Source: a virus. From it: 64,000 nucleotides of DNA. Where the stretch lies: IMG/VR virus record IMGVR_UViG_3300021375_000011, positions 56,836 to 120,835 of that record; one strand, written 5' to 3'. Under the pieces are notes generated by a model that made no database searches, was not told the DNA's origin, and was given only the letters and a program-made list of their open reading frames with translations. Positions 39,865 to 49,025 of this stretch are shown one piece after another (the stretch's first letter is position 1; every line of letters starts with the position of its first letter). A program made the translations under genes and the position numbers.

Positions 39865-41663
39865 AGTTAGACATGCTGGCAGTGTCAGTTCCAGTTTTAG
39901 ATTTACAATATCCACCAAGCAGTCCAGCAGTAATAAAAAGTTGTTTGGTTGAGGCTGGATTCTCATGCCATACTAGAGATTTAAATATTTTGTTATTGGA
40001 CATTTGCGGTAGTAAAAATAAATTTCTCGATGTGCAATATAATTTTGAAAATGTTGGTCCAGATATAGTTCACACAGATGATCTTGTTCATGGTTTTTTT
40101 GACAACAACCATGATCTAATAAGGCAATGGCTTGACCAAAGTGTAAAATACATTGAAGAAATGAACCCTACTTGGCTTGGCATAAGTGTTTTTAGTTATA
40201 AAAGTCACAAGGCTTCATTGTTACTGTGTGCAGAGATAAAACGATTGCAATTGCCTATAAAGATTGTATTAGGAGGAAGAGGAGCAACTAGTTACGCTCT
40301 TGGTCCTGATCATAGTGAATTTAAAAGTAGAATGATCAACTTTTTTGGCAAGTACCCAGGCAAAAATTTTAGTGAATCCCTTTTAGAATACAAACTTATT
40401 GATAAGGTAATTCACGGAGATGGTGAACAAGCAATCATCGATCTAATGACTAAAAACACTGAAGATAACACACGAGGAAATATAGCAGATATTGACATTG
40501 AGAAAATACCATTTGTTGACTATGATGATTATGACATCAATGCTTATGATTATATAAACGACCCAATACTAGCAATCACTGGCAGTAAAGGTTGTGTCAG
40601 AAAATGCACATTCTGTGACATACCTGTATTGTGGCCTAAGTATAAGTTTCGTAGTGGCCAACACATAGCCGACGAAATGATACACTTGCAAGACAAACAC
40701 GGAGTAAGAAAGTTTTATCTTACTGATAGTTTAGTAAATGGTTCAATGAAAGCATTTAAAGACTTTATAAGCACACTTGCTGAGCATAATGAAAACAATC
40801 CAAACCAAAGTATAAGATGGGTAGGACAATATATTACTCGTCCACCTAATCAAGGACTTACTGACCAGTATTATGATTTGCTTAAAAGTAGCGGTGCCGA
40901 AGGACTCACAATTGGTGCAGAAAGCGGAAGTGATAATGTGCGTAAACATATGAAGAAAAACTTTAAAACAGTTGATCTTGATACTGAGACTGCACAATTT
41001 GATAGAGTGGGTATAGTATGTGTGTTATTGTTTTTTAGTTGCTATCCAACAGAGACATGGGATGATTTTTTAGATACAGTTAATATGTTTATACGCTATC
41101 AAAAATATGCAGCCAGTGGTACAGTATATAAAATTACATTAGGTACACCATACACACATCATCCTGATACTCCTTTATGGGTAATGCAAAATGAAATTGG
41201 TTTACATTCTGAAAAGGGCAGTGATATATTATGGAGTTTAGAAAGTAACCCTGAACTGACCTATTACGAACGTGTGCGTAGAAGATTGATATTGCAAGAA
41301 GTAAGTATTGCACTACGTATGCCAATGAGTAGAAGCACTGCAGAATTAAATCAGTTGCGTGATAGCATCAAGTATCATCAAAAAAGTATTGAACGTTATT
41401 TTAAACTCACTGCAAAAATAAAAGTTTATACTGATCATTTTAATTTAACCGGCAAAGGCACAGTGCTTATGCCTCGGTTTATCCAAGAGCAAATTAAAAA
41501 ACAGCTCGATGACAATCCTGAATACATACAACGTATAGAACAAATGCATCAAAATATAAACGATGATATACAATTTGATAATGATGCATATATGGAATTG
41601 AGAGACATGCTTGTAACATGTGCTAATAATCAACAAAGGAACCTGCATGAAAATTCCGCATGA
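39861..41663 (+). CDS. Cobalamin-binding-type (class B-like) radical SAM protein
   Basis: GISVFSY, IVLGG, VIHGDGE, then SKGCVRKCTFC, FRS, GAESGSDNVRKHMKK, YPTET. Confidence 0.85.
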   Translation: MKLDMLAVSVPVLDLQYPPSSPAVIKSCLVEAGFSCHTRDLNILLLDICGSKNKFLDVQYNFENVGPDIVHTDDLVHGFFDNNHDLIRQWLDQSVKYIEEMNPTWLGISVFSYKSHKASLLLCAEIKRLQLPIKIVLGGRGATSYALGPDHSEFKSRMINFFGKYPGKNFSESLLEYKLIDKVIHGDGEQAIIDLMTKNTEDNTRGNIADIDIEKIPFVDYDDYDINAYDYINDPILAITGSKGCVRKCTFCDIPVLWPKYKFRSGQHIADEMIHLQDKHGVRKFYLTDSLVNGSMKAFKDFISTLAEHNENNPNQSIRWVGQYITRPPNQGLTDQYYDLLKSSGAEGLTIGAESGSDNVRKHMKKNFKTVDLDTETAQFDRVGIVCVLLFFSCYPTETWDDFLDTVNMFIRYQKYAASGTVYKITLGTPYTHHPDTPLWVMQNEIGLHSEKGSDILWSLESNPELTYYERVRRRLILQEVSIALRMPMSRSTAELNQLRDSIKYHQKSIERYFKLTAKIKVYTDHFNLTGKGTVLMPRFIQEQIKKQLDDNPEYIQRIEQMHQNINDDIQFDNDAYMELRDMLVTCANNQQRNLHENSA

Positions 41664-42852
41664 CAAATTTTGTGTATTGCCCTGGGTGAGCATTGAAACC
41701 TCACCAATAGGCACAGTACGACCTTGTTGTCTAGCCGTAGAGGAAATTACAAAAACCAATGGTGAAAAATTTCATCTATTAAACGATACACTAGACAAGG
41801 TACACCATAGCGATTATATGCAAAATCTGCGTAAACAATTTTTAGATGGAGAACAACCTGATACATGTAAACGTTGCTGGAGTGCAGAGGATAGTGGTAT
41901 AACTTCAAAACGCCAACACTCCTTGAACAGACTGAAGCATCTTGTTACACATGACAATTGGACACAGGATGCAAAACCTCTAATCTTTATTGATTTCAAA
42001 CTTGGCAATATATGCAATCTTAAATGCCGTATATGCGGTAGTTGGAGTAGTAGCACGTTTGCTACTGAAGAAGTAAAGTTTACAGGCAAAGGTGGATATC
42101 ATCACCAGATGCTCAAAGATGGCAATTGGCCAAGACGTAATCAAAAGTTTTGGACTGAGATTGATAATCTTATGGATCAAATAAGATATTTAGAATTTAC
42201 CGGCGGTGAACCTTTTATGATAGTAGAGCACTTTGATTTACTACGTAGATTGATTGATAAAGGTATTGCAGGCAATATTGAAATACACTACAACACAAAT
42301 GGAACACACTTTCCTGAAGATGCTGAAGAGATCTGGAAACATTTCAAACTTATTGAGATAGCATTTAGTATTGATGATATCGGACCGAGATTTGAATATC
42401 AACGAGCAAACGCTATATGGACAGAAGTAAACACAAACTTAGATAGCTTTGAAGCAATGAGAGCTAGAAATACAAATATACAACTACAGGTTTGTAGTAC
42501 AATAAGTGTGTATAATGTAATGTATTTACAAGGTCTGGCAAAATGGATAGATAATCGTAGTTTTGATTTTATCTATTGGAATATGTTGCATGAAGCATAT
42601 TTTCATAGTATCAGTACATTGCCTGAACGTGCTAAAAAATTAGCAATTGAGCGACTTACAGAGGCAGATGTTGGCGAGCCACATAGAACTGAATTTAATA
42701 AGGCAATTGATTTTATTAACAACGGCGAAACAATGGATGGTATCATGCTACGAGAGACTATAAAGTCCGTAGATGCAAGACGCGAACAAAACTTACACAC
42801 CGATCATCCAGAACTTGCAGAAGCAATAAACTATAAAGGACCAAACACATGA
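41647..42852 (+). CDS. N-terminal twitch-type radical SAM protein
   Basis: CNLKCRIC, TGGEP, YNTNG; CVLPW...PCC...CKRCW; AAGGA RBS supports ATG 41647. Confidence 0.9.
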   Translation: MKIPHDKFCVLPWVSIETSPIGTVRPCCLAVEEITKTNGEKFHLLNDTLDKVHHSDYMQNLRKQFLDGEQPDTCKRCWSAEDSGITSKRQHSLNRLKHLVTHDNWTQDAKPLIFIDFKLGNICNLKCRICGSWSSSTFATEEVKFTGKGGYHHQMLKDGNWPRRNQKFWTEIDNLMDQIRYLEFTGGEPFMIVEHFDLLRRLIDKGIAGNIEIHYNTNGTHFPEDAEEIWKHFKLIEIAFSIDDIGPRFEYQRANAIWTEVNTNLDSFEAMRARNTNIQLQVCSTISVYNVMYLQGLAKWIDNRSFDFIYWNMLHEAYFHSISTLPERAKKLAIERLTEADVGEPHRTEFNKAIDFINNGETMDGIMLRETIKSVDARREQNLHTDHPELAEAINYKGPNT

Positions 42853-43418
42853 TACTAGTTGTTATAGCATTAGAAGAAGAATTACCTGGATCATTACCCG
42901 CTGGTTATAAAAAACTAGTCACAGGTGTAGGAAAAGTAAATGCCAGTATTGCTCTTACTGCAGAATTGTGTTATAATGATAGATATAGCAAGATAATAAA
43001 TTATGGTTCAGCAGGCGGTAGTAAAGAAATTAAAGGCGAACTGGTAGGCGTAAGTGCAGTTATTGAACGTGATATGGATTGTACTCCACTTGGCTTGCCA
43101 CTGTATGTTTCACCAGGAGACGAAGAACAGATGATTGTTTGCCAAACAAAGCACGACAGTTTATTTGTTTGTGGCACAGGTGATAGTTTCAGCGTGCCAC
43201 ACATTAACTATCAAATATGCGAAATGGAAGCATATGCACTGGCAAAGGTTGCAACTAAATTTAAAGTGCCATTTGATTGTTACAAGTATATTTCAGATAG
43301 CGATGCAGATGGAGATGCACAGGGCGATGAATGGCGTGAAAATGTACACAAGGGTGCAGAATTGTTTAGAAAAACAATACTGGTTGAACAAGACTTACAG
43401 TTGGAGTGGGTCTGGTAA
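42849..43418 (+). CDS. mtnN: MTA/SAH (5'-deoxyadenosine) nucleosidase family protein
   Basis: IALEEE, GVGKVNA, INYGSAGG, TGDSF, EMEAYA, KYISD motifs. Confidence 0.82.
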   Translation: MILVVIALEEELPGSLPAGYKKLVTGVGKVNASIALTAELCYNDRYSKIINYGSAGGSKEIKGELVGVSAVIERDMDCTPLGLPLYVSPGDEEQMIVCQTKHDSLFVCGTGDSFSVPHINYQICEMEAYALAKVATKFKVPFDCYKYISDSDADGDAQGDEWRENVHKGAELFRKTILVEQDLQLEWVW

Positions 43419-43439
43419 AAACAAATAGAGTTACTTAAA

Positions 43440-44603
43440 ATGTTTTTTAAAATATCAAAACACATTGAATCAAATTTTCCATGTCATAAACAAATGGCCA
43501 ATGGTGCATACTTTAATTCTGATCTTGGGTGGACAACACATACAATTGCCAATCATATAGTTTATTTTAAAGGCTATGTGCTAGAAAGAAAACCAATAGA
43601 AGACATTATTGAAGAACTAGTAGTAGATCCTACTCCTCGACATAAAGGTAACTTTGTAGCTATTATATGCAATGCAACAAACAGTACGATTACGCATAAT
43701 GTATGCCGTTGTAGTCCTTTGCAATATATAGACAAAGAATGTGTTACTAACTTAGAAAAAAATCTACCTGGTGTCTGGGCCGATCAATATGTACAAATTA
43801 GCAGTGATTTAACAGTGACACGTATAAAAGGGTTTGACCCGTTCGTTGCCTCATATGACACACTAGAGTACACCGATGCACTTAATCAAATACACGAAAT
43901 TTTAAATAATTCCTTTGAAATATTTCTTTCCAAAAACACACGGCCACTTAAAGTATTCCTTACAGGTGGTATCGATTCATTGACTTTATACACTTATATT
44001 AAATCTTTTACTAACAACTTTGAACTGGTAAAATGCAACTATCATAAATTTACAGAATTTTATGTAAAAAATATTTTTGCTATTAGAGATCATTGGGGAT
44101 ATATTAATTCACATAGTTGGGGGGAAGAACCTACTGCATTGCTTACTGGGGGTTGCGGTGATGAATACTTTCTACGAGGCCCAGCAACTTTAAATGCAAT
44201 AGCTAGGTATCATAATTTTAGTGTTCTTGATTTAATGCGTAGTAATCCAGATTGTTACCATTTTGAATACTATCAAAGGCCTAAGAACGCAAAACTTTTT
44301 GGTGAATTAGATATTGACACAAACAATAAACAAGTAACAATAGATTGGGTACTTAACACACTTGCAAATGATCATCAGCACTGGCACATCGACGAAACAC
44401 TATTTTTTAGTCCTATGCAAGATATTACGATTCCAAACATTATACTTAATATGCCACGACAGAATATAATTGATCATGTATTAGACTTGCGTATCAATAA
44501 AGACCTAATAGAAAAAATTAATCCAGATGATTTAAAATATTTGGCAAGTAGTAAAAATGTTGCAAGTTACACTGAAGATTACTTGAAACTTATGTGCGGA
44601 TGA
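43440..44603 (+). CDS. Asparagine-synthetase-like / PP-loop ATP pyrophosphatase
   Basis: VFLTGGIDS (SGGxDS-like) and LLTGGCGDEYF; no N-terminal catalytic Cys. Confidence 0.65.
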   Translation: MFFKISKHIESNFPCHKQMANGAYFNSDLGWTTHTIANHIVYFKGYVLERKPIEDIIEELVVDPTPRHKGNFVAIICNATNSTITHNVCRCSPLQYIDKECVTNLEKNLPGVWADQYVQISSDLTVTRIKGFDPFVASYDTLEYTDALNQIHEILNNSFEIFLSKNTRPLKVFLTGGIDSLTLYTYIKSFTNNFELVKCNYHKFTEFYVKNIFAIRDHWGYINSHSWGEEPTALLTGGCGDEYFLRGPATLNAIARYHNFSVLDLMRSNPDCYHFEYYQRPKNAKLFGELDIDTNNKQVTIDWVLNTLANDHQHWHIDETLFFSPMQDITIPNIILNMPRQNIIDHVLDLRINKDLIEKINPDDLKYLASSKNVASYTEDYLKLMCG

Positions 44604-45907
44604 AACAAAGACCAGAAAACTTATGTATGGCCCCATGGACTCATACCTATCTAAGCCCTCAGACAGAACGTAGAATGTGTTGTGCATCACGCGAGCCTGC
44701 ACAGAGCTTTGAACAGTATATTGATACTGACGCAGGCACAGGAACATACAATCCTCAAACACTAGAAGAACACTGGAACAGTGATCATATGCGTAGTGTT
44801 AGACGCAGAATGATGGCAGGTGAAAAACTTAGCGAGTGCGAAGTCTGTACAGACAAACTGCTAAACACAGATGTATATAGAACTTACTTTTGGCACTTGT
44901 TTCAACACAAATATGAAGATATCTGGCAAACCACCGACGAAACTGGATATACAACTATGAAACCTGTAAGTTGGGATTATAGATTTTCAAACTTGTGTAA
45001 CTTTAAATGCAGAACCTGTGGTGATATGTTGAGTAGCAGTTGGGAAACAGAACAACGTAAACACAACATGGTTAACTTAGATAATCCAAAAAACAATTGG
45101 ATGCGTCCAGAAGTGCGTAAAGAAATAAGCAAGTTTCAGGATACACAAATTGAAAAAGAGTTTTCAGATGCAGTTGAACAACATAGAGTTGAAGAAATCT
45201 ATTGGGTAGGCGGCGAACCACTTATGTATGAACAACACTGGCGTTATATGAAACGTATAGTGGAACTTGGTGACGGCCCAAAGTTATATGCAAGATACAA
45301 TACCAATCTAAGTAGAATAAAATACAAAGGTATACACTTAGGCCATGACATACTAAAAAATATACGTGACTGGCAAATATGTGCTAGTTTAGATGGTACA
45401 GGTGCAATCGGCGAATACATACGCACAGGCTTGAAGTATGATGAGTTTGTAGATAACTTCCGCACACTGTTACCAATGGCACGTAACAAACGCATGATGC
45501 GTTTAGATTATACATTGACACTGCCGGGTATGTTTGACATAAACAACATGCAGTTACTAGCAGATGAGCTAGATGTTGAAATACTTGCAAAAGTTATTTT
45601 TACTTTTACTCCAGACATTATAATGTCACCATTGGCGTTACCAAGAGACTTATTAGACCGTACAGTGAATCAAGCAGTAAGTAATTTGCAGTTAGGTAAT
45701 GCATTACATGATGTGCTTTCTCAACTTAAAAAACGTCCAACTATACAAGAAATATATGGACAAGAACAATATGAGCAAGGCATGCGTAAAGGGAAAAAAA
45801 GAATACTTGACTTAGAACGAATTAGAAATGATTCGTATACAATGAGAGATATACTCGGTGATGATAAAGAAATAATGCAATGGTGGGACAGTATAGATGC
45901 TGGATAG
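44600..45907 (+). CDS. N-terminal twitch-type radical SAM protein
   Basis: CNFKCRTC, VGGEP, YNTN, SLDG; CMAPW...MCC...CEVC; ATGA coupling. Confidence 0.9.
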   Translation: MKQRPENLCMAPWTHTYLSPQTERRMCCASREPAQSFEQYIDTDAGTGTYNPQTLEEHWNSDHMRSVRRRMMAGEKLSECEVCTDKLLNTDVYRTYFWHLFQHKYEDIWQTTDETGYTTMKPVSWDYRFSNLCNFKCRTCGDMLSSSWETEQRKHNMVNLDNPKNNWMRPEVRKEISKFQDTQIEKEFSDAVEQHRVEEIYWVGGEPLMYEQHWRYMKRIVELGDGPKLYARYNTNLSRIKYKGIHLGHDILKNIRDWQICASLDGTGAIGEYIRTGLKYDEFVDNFRTLLPMARNKRMMRLDYTLTLPGMFDINNMQLLADELDVEILAKVIFTFTPDIIMSPLALPRDLLDRTVNQAVSNLQLGNALHDVLSQLKKRPTIQEIYGQEQYEQGMRKGKKRILDLERIRNDSYTMRDILGDDKEIMQWWDSIDAG

Positions 45908-46952
45908 GGTAGAAATATTACTGAGAAACAACATGGGTTTTGTTTTGCCAGTGCATTTTGATGTATATGATAACAGTTTAAGTCGCAAATGGTTAGATGC
46001 TTTTAACAGTATATTAGATAATAATTTACATTTAGAAAAAAACTATTGCTTTTTTGGATTTCCTGATAGTCCTAGAGACTTGCATCATTTAGCATACGAA
46101 ATTAATCAAGTTATTGCAGGAATAAATGCTAGTTCTATAGATTACAACATAGATGATTTTTTCAGTGCTGATAATATGGTTGAAAAAAACTACAGTACAC
46201 GTGCTGGTAAAGATATCATTGAAGTAAATCATGAAAAGTTTAATCAACTACATTTATATTTTGAGGATACACAAGGTGTTAGTGGAGCAATGAGCAAACA
46301 TTACGAAAGTGCTGATGCAGAGACACGTTGGTATATTAGACAACTCAATTTGTTGTGTCACGAAGCAGAATGCCTTGTTCTTAGTTTAGGTAGACAACAA
46401 ACTACTCCAGAATGGGTCCGCCCTAGTAATGTAATGTGTTGGCTACATGCTCCGCGTTTTGTATTAGAAGAAGAGGATTATAAACTGTTTGGCATTGACA
46501 CAATTGCACGTGACCCTGGCGGGGTATACGTAGGTGTAAACAAAGCAGTTGGCAAGCATCATTATGAAGTGTTCAGTGATGAAGGCGGTGATAGCAGAAT
46601 AGATGAACTGACTACAACAACACTTAAACCGCAGACTGAGGCCGCTGGAGACTTTGACATAGAATGGGGTAAAGCAACAAAAGATCAGAAGTTTATGCAA
46701 ACAAAACTAAACAATTTTCGAACATGGTTAGTTGCTAATAACTTTGATCCTGACGATCCTAGTCTAACAATAGGACATCCAAAAATCGGCCAAGTAGACA
46801 TGCAACATACTTTTGGGACAGATGATTTTGTAGTAATGCTAACAAAATTATCAAAGCATCTCGATGTGTTTAGTATTAAAACAAGCAAAAGTTACGCTGA
46901 GTACGACTATACATGGGAAGATAGCAAAAGACTACAGGTACCACTATTATGA
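45897..46952 (+). CDS. Hypothetical protein
   Basis: 351-aa in-operon ORF overlapping both neighbours; no family recognised. Confidence 0.65.
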   Translation: MLDRVEILLRNNMGFVLPVHFDVYDNSLSRKWLDAFNSILDNNLHLEKNYCFFGFPDSPRDLHHLAYEINQVIAGINASSIDYNIDDFFSADNMVEKNYSTRAGKDIIEVNHEKFNQLHLYFEDTQGVSGAMSKHYESADAETRWYIRQLNLLCHEAECLVLSLGRQQTTPEWVRPSNVMCWLHAPRFVLEEEDYKLFGIDTIARDPGGVYVGVNKAVGKHHYEVFSDEGGDSRIDELTTTTLKPQTEAAGDFDIEWGKATKDQKFMQTKLNNFRTWLVANNFDPDDPSLTIGHPKIGQVDMQHTFGTDDFVVMLTKLSKHLDVFSIKTSKSYAEYDYTWEDSKRLQVPLL

Positions 46953-47668
46953 TTGAAGCTACTCCGTATCTAACCTGGGAATATTCAGACGATCCAGAAA
47001 TACAGTACCTTGAATGTCCAGCACCTACACCTATGCGTAACCATATGCCAAAATGGTTTAAGGATCTAAAAGCAAAAAGTCAAAAAGTAGTAACTGGTGA
47101 CGAACACAGGGCAGTGTTTGCAGAAAACAAAACAATACGCAACTGTTTAGGTTTTAGAGGAATAGCAAATATAGGTTATACAATTCCATTACCAGAAGAC
47201 TTAGATGGTTATGATACTTATTTCGCTAGAGGTAGAGTATCAGCACCAATGATTGAAGGCACACTATTTGGTAACAAAGGAGATAAACCTTGGGCAAGTG
47301 ATGATAATAGTTTATATGAATATAGGTTTAAGATACTCAACTATCCTTGGCGTGCTAAAATGGATAAAGGATGGCGACTGCTTGTACTTCCGTACCTACT
47401 AGACTGGAACAACGACTGGAACGAGTTTTCGGGTACTGTTGAACCAAACTATGATGTTCAACACGGAACACAGATTGGAAGCAGTTTAAAATGGACAACC
47501 CCCATTGATCCTGAGTATAATTACTATAACTTAGAAACTGTGATTGCTTATAAGCGTTCGGTATCAAAGATAAACAAAGGTACTTTAACTTTTTGTGCAG
47601 TTCCATTATTTGATCCAGAACTACTTGACAAACAAACAGAAGGCGTGTATAATGATAACATGGATTAA
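46949..47668 (+). CDS. Hypothetical protein
   Basis: 239 aa, ATGA-coupled; PKWFKDL...TIRNCLGF...GYTIPL...INKGT pattern; function unknown. Confidence 0.6.
   Translation: MIEATPYLTWEYSDDPEIQYLECPAPTPMRNHMPKWFKDLKAKSQKVVTGDEHRAVFAENKTIRNCLGFRGIANIGYTIPLPEDLDGYDTYFARGRVSAPMIEGTLFGNKGDKPWASDDNSLYEYRFKILNYPWRAKMDKGWRLLVLPYLLDWNNDWNEFSGTVEPNYDVQHGTQIGSSLKWTTPIDPEYNYYNLETVIAYKRSVSKINKGTLTFCAVPLFDPELLDKQTEGVYNDNMD
47625..47653 (+). promoter_or_regulatory. Perfect sigma70 consensus promoter inside the island
   Basis: TTGACA (47625-47630), 17 nt, TATAAT (47648-47653); lies within coding sequence. Confidence 0.6.
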
Positions 47669-47756
47669 TAATCTTATTAATAAGATTAAACTAGAGGTAC
47701 GATATCGTAAGAAACTTAAACAACTACGGAAAAAGGACCCGTATGTTTACAAATGA
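47652..47756 (+). CDS. 34-aa basic peptide, copy 1 (MITWINNLINKIKLEVRYRKKLKQLRKKDPYVYK)
   Basis: Manual translation; AGAAGG upstream; fills the gap between two genes; paralogue at 48924. Confidence 0.78.
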   Translation: MITWINNLINKIKLEVRYRKKLKQLRKKDPYVYK

Positions 47757-48927
47757 TGTACTTAACAAAGTTAGAACTGATATTGAATCATGGACAGTAA
47801 ATTTTGTGGAAGCAAGTAATGAATTTTATGGAGACAAGTTTCCTGTTTGTCCTTATGCCAGACAGGCAAGAATAAAAGGCGAAACAACCTATGCAATATA
47901 TCCTGGAGGGAATTTAAAACAGTTTATACAACACAGTGTTAATTTACTACTAGACAATGATAAACTCAAACAGATGCTTATAGTAATGCCACCGCGTGCA
48001 AAATACATATTTGGTATAAACAGAATGATACACAATATAAACAAAAGAATTATACCACTTAACTATTTTGCAATGAAAGGAAGTGCCAATGGAGCAACTA
48101 GCCATTATCCAGGCATAGGCGGCGAGTATCAGTTAATAGGCTTGAACACACTAGATAAAGTTCTAGAAGGCGTAAAATACCTAAAAAAGAAAGGTTATTA
48201 CAAAAACTGGAGCAAAAAACATTACAATGATATAGTTATAAGAAGGCAAGAAATGTATACCAAATACGGCGACAAAGATATAAAAGCATTCTACGACCGG
48301 ATTAACTTTCCTGGCAAATATCATTGCTCTGACGTTGTTGAATATTACAATGGCAACAGGTATATAAACTTTATTGAGAGATATATCAAAGGAGCCAAAA
48401 CAGTTCTTGATGCTGGGTGTGGCACAGGTTTTATTACAAATAATTTTGCATATAGAAATTCTGACATTCACTTTACCTCAGTAGACTTTGCAAAAAGTAT
48501 TGATTGGGCACAAGAAGTAAGTGCAGAACTAGAATTGCAAAATACCAAATTTATTAAACAAGACCTCAATGATTACAAAAGTAAAAAAAGTTATCGTGTT
48601 GTACTATGTCAAGGAGTCTTGCATCATATACCAAACTATGCACAGGTATTAAAAAACTTACAATCAATGGTTGCTAAAGACGGTTTGTTTATTATCGGGC
48701 TGTATCACCCATGGGGAAAGAAGTTACAAAAACTTCTACCTATAAAATACGATAGTAGAGTATTTGAAGAAGATCAAGAAGCAAATCCTTTTGAAACATC
48801 GTTTACAAAAACACAAACAGTAAGCATGTTTAAAGGATTTCAGTTGATAGATAGTTATCCAAGTGCGTTTTTTAATTGGCGTAATGGCGGATTAATTGTG
48901 TATGTTTTCAGAAAGGTACAAAAATGA
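47743..48927 (+). CDS. Two-domain protein: CPYA-motif N-terminal domain plus class I SAM methyltransferase
   Basis: PVCPYARQA N-terminally; VLDAGCGTG, SVDF, CQGVLHH, IGLYH C-terminally. Confidence 0.8.
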   Translation: MFTNDVLNKVRTDIESWTVNFVEASNEFYGDKFPVCPYARQARIKGETTYAIYPGGNLKQFIQHSVNLLLDNDKLKQMLIVMPPRAKYIFGINRMIHNINKRIIPLNYFAMKGSANGATSHYPGIGGEYQLIGLNTLDKVLEGVKYLKKKGYYKNWSKKHYNDIVIRRQEMYTKYGDKDIKAFYDRINFPGKYHCSDVVEYYNGNRYINFIERYIKGAKTVLDAGCGTGFITNNFAYRNSDIHFTSVDFAKSIDWAQEVSAELELQNTKFIKQDLNDYKSKKSYRVVLCQGVLHHIPNYAQVLKNLQSMVAKDGLFIIGLYHPWGKKLQKLLPIKYDSRVFEEDQEANPFETSFTKTQTVSMFKGFQLIDSYPSAFFNWRNGGLIVYVFRKVQK

Positions 48928-49025
48928 AATGGATTAGAAATCTTATCAGTAAGATCAAACTAGAAATACGATACAGAAAAAAACTTAAAGAACTACGGAA
49001 GAGGGATCCTTTTATATACAAATGA
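48924..49025 (+). CDS. 33-aa basic peptide, copy 2 (MKWIRNLISKIKLEIRYRKKLKELRKRDPFIYK)
   Basis: Manual translation; AAAGGT upstream; ATGA-coupled to both the methyltransferase and metK. Confidence 0.82.
   Translation: MKWIRNLISKIKLEIRYRKKLKELRKRDPFIYK

Noticed and set aside
34731-45907. 7-deazaguanine (QueE/QueC) or anaerobic RNR-activase assignment for the radical SAM genes
   Set aside because: No FolE, QueD, DpdA or NrdD homologue seen, and the N-terminal Cys domains do not fit those families.
47722-48987. AACTACG inside both small peptide genes
   Set aside because: Half-site only, explained by [QE]-L-R codons, with no late box at the expected spacing.
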